Assembly: GCA_012295275.1 (NCBI GenBank)
Contig: CM022673.1
Span: 62,001-126,000 of the forward strand
Origin: Chrysomallon squamiferum
Lineage: Eukaryota; Animalia; Mollusca
Direction: 5' to 3'
DNA: 64,000 bases
In this document: positions 56,387 to 64,000 of the stretch, one piece after another
Layout: the number at the start of each line of letters is the position of its first letter
Position numbering within the stretch: the stretch's first letter is position 1
Program-made: the position numbers and the translations under genes
The notes under the pieces: generated by a model
The model's database searches: none
The model's input: the letters and a program-made list of their open reading frames with translations, nothing else
What the model was told of the DNA's origin: nothing

Positions 56387-58367
56387 TGTTTGTGTGAGTG
56401 TGAGAGAGAGAGAGAGACAGACAGAGAAATAGAGAAGAGCAAAATATAATATTTTTTCAGCCATAGCAGCATTTTGTGGTCTCTAAGTTTGTTGGTCTAA
56501 TTTACATATTAATATTAATAATAACAGTTATTAGCTTACTTTTATAAATTTATATAAAATTTTCTGTTTTGTCTCAGCTGCTCATAAGAATGCCCCCAGT
56601 GGTAAGTTATTTGAAGAAAACAATTAATATATTTTTATTAACTTTCAATTTTTTAATTTTTTTATTTTTGTTTGTATCTCCAATCCTAAATGTATTGGTA
56701 AATTTTATTTTTATTTTTATTTTTTCTATTTTTTATTTTTTTTTATTCTTTTTTAATCTTAAAGTGCTCTGAGTGCAAAGCATGGGATAGTGATTTATTT
56801 TCAAAACTGTGTGGTTTTGTTTGCATTCATTCTGTTTTGACTTTGTGCTTTAAGATAAAGGAATTATTTTCTTTTTTAATCATTAAAGGATTTTCAATAA
56901 CGATTATTCTTTGGAAATATTTGGTGTGGGAGGTTATGACAGTGTTCTTTATAGTATTTATTTTTCAAAAAAATGTTTTTTATTATCTTTTTTTTTTTCT
57001 ATTTTAAATTTAATTTTTTTTTTTAATTTCTTAATATGACCTTTATCATTTATTTCTCTTTGTTATCACGAAGACTTTTGTGTATGTTTTTATGAATCCA
57101 GTGTGTTGTGAATTGTTTGTTATTAACTCCTAATTTCCAATGTTTTCAGTATTGCATGTGGTATTGTTTAGTAAATTTTCACTTTTTTTTTTTTTTATCC
57201 CATTCATTTCAAAGACTAGAGTATTATATATTATATTCTCTGTTTGGGAAAGTGCAAACAAAAATGCATAATGGAAATATTAAATAATAATGATAATCTT
57301 TATGATTCTTAATGACATTAACATTAATCGTTTTTATGGTTGTATACTAAGATATCATTTATTAAAACCTTTTTTTTTCTTTCTTTAAACATACCTTTAT
57401 CAGTACTTTAAATAAAACTACAAAGTGAAGCAGGGAGGCATGATAAGTATGTTTCTAAAGCATGTCTCCATCTGCATGTCAGTTATTTCCTTTACTTCTC
57501 AGATATATTATTGTAGATTTTTAAAATCTAGAATGTTTGTCATCTAAAATATAACACTAGAAACTTTAAACCAAATTTATCTGCAGCTTTCAGAAGACAA
57601 CATTATAATAGTCATACTAGAGTTGTATCCTAGATTTCCATAAGTAACTAATATAAATACATCCAAAAATAATAACAACTTAACAGGTTATGGAACTTCC
57701 ATACTGTATTAGTTTAAACATACTGGGAAATAAAATTGATATAACACAAGATCTTGGTTTTCATTAGCTTTTATTTTAGTTTTGTAACATCAGAAAATTA
57801 AATATGTATTGTGTTGTCTAATCTAACTGTTCATCTAAATTTTATTTCACTATTAATTATTTGTCTTTTTATTATTTTTTATCTTTTTATAATTGTTCTT
57901 AATATATTCAGAAATTTTATATATATGTATATAATATTTAATATAGAACAAAAAAAAATGTTTAGGTCATGGAAAGCATAGTAATCATTTGTATATATAT
58001 ATATATATATACAAGTGTAATTATTATTGTATGTTAATTAATTGTGATTATATATTGGTACACTGATTAATGTTACTGTTCTGTTTGAATTTCAGATGTT
58101 GACATTGTACTTATGAGAATGATCATTGTTGGAGTGTTGTTGTCCTTCAGGTCTTTAGCACAAGAAGCTCTGAGAGATGTAAGCAATCAAAAGAAAATGT
58201 TTTATACTGAGCCCAACAATAGCAGAAATATTTTTATATTTTATATTACTATTTTTTATTATTTTTTTTGTTCTTATCGAGTTAGTCCATAATGTGTGGA
58301 ATATCTTTGTAGAACACTCATCATGGTCATGTTGTAACTAATTAGCATTAGTAAACTTAGAAATTTT

Positions 58368-58461
<94 letters not shown>

Positions 58462-59737
58462 ATTATCTTTTACTTTTCTATTTCTTTTTTTGTTTTGTTT
58501 TTACCCATCTCAAACTTTTTGCTAACCAGTATTTTCTGTAATATTTTGCAGACACTGGAAGATCGCATTCCATTTTTGATGGGATCCATTCGAGATCTGC
58601 ACCACTATGTTCCAAATAACAAGGAAGCATTGGTAAGTCACTGTACACAACAAATAATAATAATATCTTTTGTCATTAGTAATATCTTCATTTATGTGAA
58701 TAATTTACATGAAATTAGGAAAAATGTATTTTTATTTTTTTCTGTAATTATTTTAATGATTCATCAAATGTATCAGTTTGCTAGGTGCTAGGATTTTCTT
58801 TTCTCTCTCTTTTTTTTATTTTAAAGTTGAAATATTATTGTCTTTAATTATTCCACAAAAAAAAATAATATGTGGGTGAGAGTATATGTATATATTTTTT
58901 TCTTCTCAATAAATTCCATTAAAAAAATCATAGTGAAATAATAATAATAATAATAATAATGGGCATTTAAGTCACAGGGTAAGATCTGTGCTGTGTTCAT
59001 CAATATAAAATACCTTTTTTAAAAAGTTTTTCAATAACTGAATAATCCAAAAATACCAAAAGAAAAAATTAAGATAAATAAAAGCTTATTTATTTATTTT
59101 AAATAATGTTGTCCATAGTGTTTTTACAGTTACTTTTCGTGCATGTATGTATTATAATTATTACAAATATAATGCACTGTTTGTTAAGTTAATACAATTA
59201 TTAGGTTTTTTTTCAACTCTTCTATGCAGATGAAAAATGCAGTCTGCATTTACCTTAATTTTTCTCCTTTATGCATTTTCTGATGTAAAAATAAGCATGA
59301 CTGCCATTTTTATCAATATTAAGTGTCATGCATTTATATTTATCTTTTTTCACTTGTGTTTATTTACTTCTTTTTTTTTCAATAGTTTTTTTTTTTATTA
59401 ATTTATTTTCAAAATATTTATTTCTGAATGATCTATATTGTTGAGTTTTTTTTATCTTTATTTCGTTACATGCAGCCTACTTCTTTGAAACAGCAGGTTT
59501 GTGAATTGTGTTTTGTTCTGTTGCTATGCGAACATTCATTTAGGAATTAATTGGCAGATTCGCAATTTGTGATTAATTTGTGATTAATAGTGTGGTATGA
59601 TCGCATCTTCACACACTTCTGATAAATATTATAACAAAGTGATTTCCCCCTCCATTATCATCATCATCATTATTATTTATTTAGTTTATTTATTTTAATT
59701 TTTCATATTATTATTTATGTTACTCAAAAAATTGGGG

Positions 59738-59773
<36 letters not shown>

Positions 59774-60765
59774 TTATTTTATTTTATTTTATTTTTTTTT
59801 TTTAATATTATTCTGCTGTAATGTTTTTTTTATTAAACCAGATAAATAATGGGAAGATTCATTTCTAAAGCAGTAAATAAAATAAGATTGAAAATTAAAA
59901 AATAATAGTAATAATAAAAACAGTAGGACAGAAAACAATATAATAAATAATATTTAAATGTTTTCAAAATTTTTGTTTCCTATTTGACAACACAAATAAC
60001 AAGTTTATGTATGTAAATATATGAATATTTTACCCTTTTTTATTTATTTAGTTCGTTTATGTGATTATTTATTTATTTATTTATTTATTCTGCACCTTTC
60101 ACTTGTCATTTTTGTTGTTGTGGCATGTGATTGTTAATAAAAATATACATACTGTTTCCTTTAATTTTTGATTACTTATTTAATTTTTTACACCTGTTAA
60201 TATGTTTTAAGATGAAATAATTACTTATGTGTGCTTTGAATAATCTGAATTTACTTTGATAATCACACTTTATTTTAATGGATATAAGTTTATACTTAAT
60301 AAACCAGAATTTGGCTTGTGTTACAAGTTTTGTATTTAATTTCTAAAGAGTTATAATAATCATGTTATGTTATTATTTTTTTTTTTCTTTCTTTCTTTTA
60401 ACTGCTTAAAAAAATTCTTTGCTAGTTCTAGATTTCAAATTCCACATTTTTAATGTCAATTTTAAAAAAATTTTTTATTTTTGTTTCTATTTTTATTTTT
60501 TTTTTTTATTTTTATTTTTTTTTTTTTTTTTTTTTTAAATTGTTTTTATTGTTTTTGTGATTCATTAATAAAACCTGGTGGACAGTATGAGACATATTCT
60601 TCAGAAAGCAGCATTTAAAAAATGAAATCTGAATCACTGAAATATATCTGTTTAATTAATATTTAGTTTGTTTATTTTAGGTTGTTAATGAGCTGGCCTC
60701 ATCTGCTGGACTTCAGTGCAATGTTGATCCCACCCTCTGCAATGCATTAAGGACTCTGAAAATTG

Positions 60766-60831
<66 letters not shown>

Positions 60832-63078
60832 TATTTTGTTATTTCTTTTTGTACTTTAGTTCTTTTGGTTTTTAATCACAATCTAATTTCAATTCCTTAT
60901 AAAAATCAAATACTTTTCAAATATTTTTTCATCATATGTAACTTAATTTTGGGTATTTTTCTTATTTATTTATTTTCATTTCATTTCACTTTACTTTTGT
61001 TTATTTATGGGCTACCTTACCTGATCATGTATCTGTTTTGCAATTAATGTTATGAAATCTGCAAAAGTCAACCTATGTTTAACAAAATTATAAGGTTTTT
61101 ATTGATAGCCATCTTAATTATATATTCTTTCCTTTGAAGTCAAAATTGTTTTGTAGACAAATAGATGAATTCATTTATACCATTATTGTGTTGAGCATTT
61201 TACTAAATAAAACATTTCTGTGGGTTTTCCTGGTATCAGGTTTTTTTTTTATAAAAGCTCTAAATTTCACAGCTATTAACAGTTAATAATAATATGTATT
61301 ATAAAACAGATAATTTTTATTATTTTTATTATTTTTTATTTTATTTAGCTCAGTAGACAATTAGTTTTTAATTGTAGGTCCTGAGTTTTGTTTTTATTTC
61401 AGAACATGCTGAAGATGAATACACAATAGCATGTCTTCTCATGGTTTTTATTGCAATATCCATACCAAAGCTGGCTAGGACAGAAACTGCAGTATTCAAA
61501 GCTTCACTGGAAGGTAATCTAAACTTCTGAACTTTGGCCATTTTAAATTAACACAAAATCAAACACTCCGTGGCTTGTATATGTCTAATTCATGATAATA
61601 GTGATCTTTGGCATTTCCGAGGAAAACATTAATTAGGTTGTTGAGTCCAAAGGGTTAACATTATTTCTTTTCACCAAATAAAGATTTAACTATACCACCC
61701 ATGTATTAACTTCAGTTAATAACAATAAAACATTTTTATTTTCATTGTGAATATTGAACATTCTGGCAACAGAATAGTGACAGTTTTAAGATCTCAAACA
61801 GTGCCATGGTTTTTAAATTTTTATTACTATAATGTTTAATTGTTGTTGTTTTTTTGTGGTTTTTTAATGCTTTTTGTGGAATTAAAATTAATTTAACAGC
61901 ATGTATGGTATTGTGTTGTTATTTTATATAATTACTTATTTGTAATAGTAGTAAATTTTTATCTATACTTATATATTTAACAGTTAGCATGCTTAATTGT
62001 TGTTTTCTGTATTACAGGACATCAGAACAATGCCCACTGTCTTGCCAAAGCAATCAATGCTCTAGCTGGAGCTATGTTCACAAACCATGGACCAGGTGAT
62101 GTTGAAGACAGACTCAAGGAATTTCTTGCTGTTAGTTTTACTTAATATATTTTTTTTTAATTAAAATTCTTAACAAAAACATTCTGAAAACTTACAGAGC
62201 AAATAGCATGTTTTTAGTTTATATTTTACATTTTTGGGAAAAATTATTAAGATAATAAGATGGATGTAAATCAGAGTTTTGGCATGTCACAGTCATGAAT
62301 GGTAATATTACCAGATCTGATGAAACCTCAGCACTAAATCTTAGGTTTAGTTTTTAATATTTATGAGCATGTATTCATTTGTTTGTTTTTTTCTCCATCA
62401 TTTTTCTGTATTTTTAAAATTTATTTATTACGTACATTATTTCACTTAACCATAAAAATTTGCAAGCATCTGAGTTGTTTTATTAAGTAATATAATTTGT
62501 TGACTATTTATTTGAGCTGAAATAAGTTACTAAAGTAGTTCATTTCAAATGTTGATTTATTTCTATAGTTGGCATCCTCTAGTCTCCTTCGTCTTGGTCA
62601 GGAACATGACAAAGATGCGATCAAGAACAGAGAATCTGTTTACCTTCTGCTGGACCAGGTAAGATTACATTTAACTGATATAATTAATAATTAATATGTG
62701 AATGAATCAAATGATGGGTGGTATTGATTAGTTTGTCAACATCTACTAATGAATTAGATACTATTAATAAATTATCATATTTATGACCTTGGTTTTTCAA
62801 CAATATGTATAAGCGTAGGTATTTCTTTTGGACGGGGTCATTTCAGTATGAAGCTGGCAATACATGTGTGTTTCTGTATATGAAAATCATTCACATGATG
62901 TAGACTGGGAATTTTTTCACACATTGATGCTGTAGTTCTCATTAATACTTGCTTTGTTTTACAGATAGTGCAGGAATCTCCTTTCCTCACCATGGATTTG
63001 CTCGAATCCTGCTTCCCTTATGCTCTTCTTAGAAATGCCTATCACACAACATACAAAGCTTCAGCCAATGAGTACTGA
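40910..63078 (+). CDS. NCKAP1: Nck-associated protein 1 (Nap1/Hem/Kette), WAVE regulatory complex subunit; complete gene with 33 constitutive coding exons
   Basis: Starts [35 protein letters not shown] and ends [27 protein letters not shown]...*. Exons: 40910-41014, 41498-41608, 41780-41866, 42080-42136, 42451-42593, 43096-43186, 43633-43770, 44469-44517, 44802-44955, 45440-45505, 45914-46010, 46426-46550, 46896-46936, 47217-47308, 47777-47858, 48195-48253, 48574-48719, 48861-48993, 49252-49371, 50089-50237, 50762-50893, 51382-51497, 51994-52096, 52602-52738, 52954-53051, 53379-53472, 58096-58178, 58552-58632, 60681-60765, 61403-61513, 62018-62130, 62569-62658, 62965-63078. Internal hallmarks: [54 protein letters not shown]. 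Confidence 0.97.
54803..54820 (+). CDS. NCKAP1: Candidate 18-nt alternative microexon of NCKAP1 (KVKPAS)
   Basis: cattcag|AGGTTAAACCAGCCTCAT|gtaagc; length 3n and stop-free in the phase-1 intron; TGC at 54785-54787 within the pyrimidine tract. Confidence 0.55.
55766..55858 (+). ncRNA. Candidate intronic pre-miRNA-like or ADAR-substrate hairpin
   Basis: CAGTTCTGTAGTAC (55786-55799) pairs with GTACCACAGAACTG (55827-55840) with one A-C mismatch. Inner AGTGTC/GATGCT pairing and outer CTGA..CCC/GGG..TCAG extension are also visible. Confidence 0.4.
56578..56601 (+). CDS. NCKAP1: Candidate 24-nt alternative microexon of NCKAP1 ((T/S)AHKNAPS)
   Basis: tttctgttttgtctcag|CTGCTCATAAGAATGCCCCCAGTG|gtaagt; consensus splice sites, 3n, stop-free in phase 1, GC-rich against an AT-rich background. 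Confidence 0.65.
58371..58458. repeat. (CT)n microsatellite, representative of many in the window
   Basis: Directly visible. Similar tracts lie at ~7880-7919, 19874-19937, 24049-24117, 28004-28075, 29272-29379, 31363-31416, 31637-31712, 32296-32364, 47565-47668 (TTTTA)n, 55224-55272 and 60767-60833 (ATT)n. Confidence 0.95.
59476..59496 (+). CDS. NCKAP1: Candidate 21-nt alternative microexon of NCKAP1 (PTSLKQQ)
   Basis: ttatttcgttacatgcag|CCTACTTCTTTGAAACAGCAG|gtttgt; 3n and stop-free in the phase-0 intron; the same AG|gtttgt donor is used by NCKAP1 exon 1. Confidence 0.5.
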
Positions 63079-64000
63079 AGCATTTAACTGAACAGACATT
63101 TAGTGTTTAGACACTTAAAGCAGATAATCAATAACATAGGTCACAAAATAGTTCAGTTCATCAATGGAAAATTGGAAGATAAAAATAATTTTGCGCAGGA
63201 ATAATCTCTTTTATGAATGACATTGCATTATGTTAATTCATCATATACACATTTTTTTAATTATTATTTTAAGTAAATATTGATATAAACTAAGCATCTT
63301 CTAGGTGGTTTTTGTTTTATCAAAAACTGGAATCAAATCCAATTTTTTAAGGTCGATCTTAGCCAGTGAACAATTTCAAAAACTGAAGTCGATGATACTT
63401 ACTTCCAGTGTGATAGTTAAAATTAGGAAATTGTTATTAGAAGAGTGACTAGCCATTTATATAATGAGACTGTATTCACAGATATAGAAGATGTTATTTT
63501 CTGACTTTATTCTACAAAACCGACTGATAAAAGAGAAGATTCTTATTAGAGGTGTCAGTGTATAAATGAAAACCCTGGTGCAGAAAATCTAAAATCTCTT
63601 GATTCCAGTACATTTTACATCTGTAAATATTTTTTTACATATTGTTATATATCTTTTTATGAATCAAAATAAATGATGATTGTTGTAAATTCATGTGTGT
63701 TTAGTAAGTCTATATCATTTTTAAAAAGAATTAAACAGTTTATTTTAATTATTGTAATTGCGGATTCTGTGCAAGTTTCAAGTTGTAATATGTAAAAGCT
63801 AGTCATTAAGGTGTGATTTTAATCTGCTTCATTTTTTATTTTTCTGACTTCAATATTCTGTTTTTAATTGGGCATTTTAATTTTAATTTTAATTTATCAC
63901 CAAAAGTAAACTTTTGTTATTTTAGGAAACTGGGAGGTATAAATGTTTGAAATGATCATGTATATATCTTAAAATTATGAATATTTCTCAGTTATTTTTT

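Noticed and set aside
59231-59242. Possible 12-nt microexon ATGAAAAATGCA after a good acceptor (ctatgcag)
   Set aside because: The following donor (gtctgc) is poor; not supportable from sequence alone.
59281-59332. TGCCATTTTTATCA, recalling the 5' part of molluscan miR-1985 as I remember it
   Set aside because: The match stops after 14 nt and the local hairpin is too short, with a ~4-nt loop, for a pre-miRNA.

Overview
AT-rich, microsatellite-laden, intron-rich animal DNA. A mollusc, possibly a gastropod, is inferred from the gene content and from a repeat recalled from memory. Six genes can be built by hand from GT-AG exons with consistent phases. (1) DNMBP/Tuba (SH3 array, Pro-rich region, RhoGEF, BAR, SH3) lies on the minus strand from 16099 off the left edge. 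Its 2.4-kb second coding exon is broken by two successive +1 frame changes flanking an extra fifth N-terminal SH3. (2) An intronless HINT3. (3,4) A head-to-tail pair of 4-exon, 175-aa secreted proteins joining a 10-Cys IGFBP/AmFPI-like domain to a thyroglobulin type-1 domain. (5) A cysteine-free CD225/dispanin membrane protein. (6) A complete 33-exon NCKAP1/Nap1/Hem gene. Its two abnormally long introns hold three candidate frame-preserving microexons (18, 24 and 21 nt), GCAUG clusters and a pre-miRNA-like hairpin with an ADAR-type A-C mismatch. Also present are a 911-bp long-TIR non-autonomous DNA transposon, a small MITE, a probable SINE remnant and a possible unannotated spliced micro-ORF divergent from DNMBP. 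All models were read by eye; no database search or folding was run.
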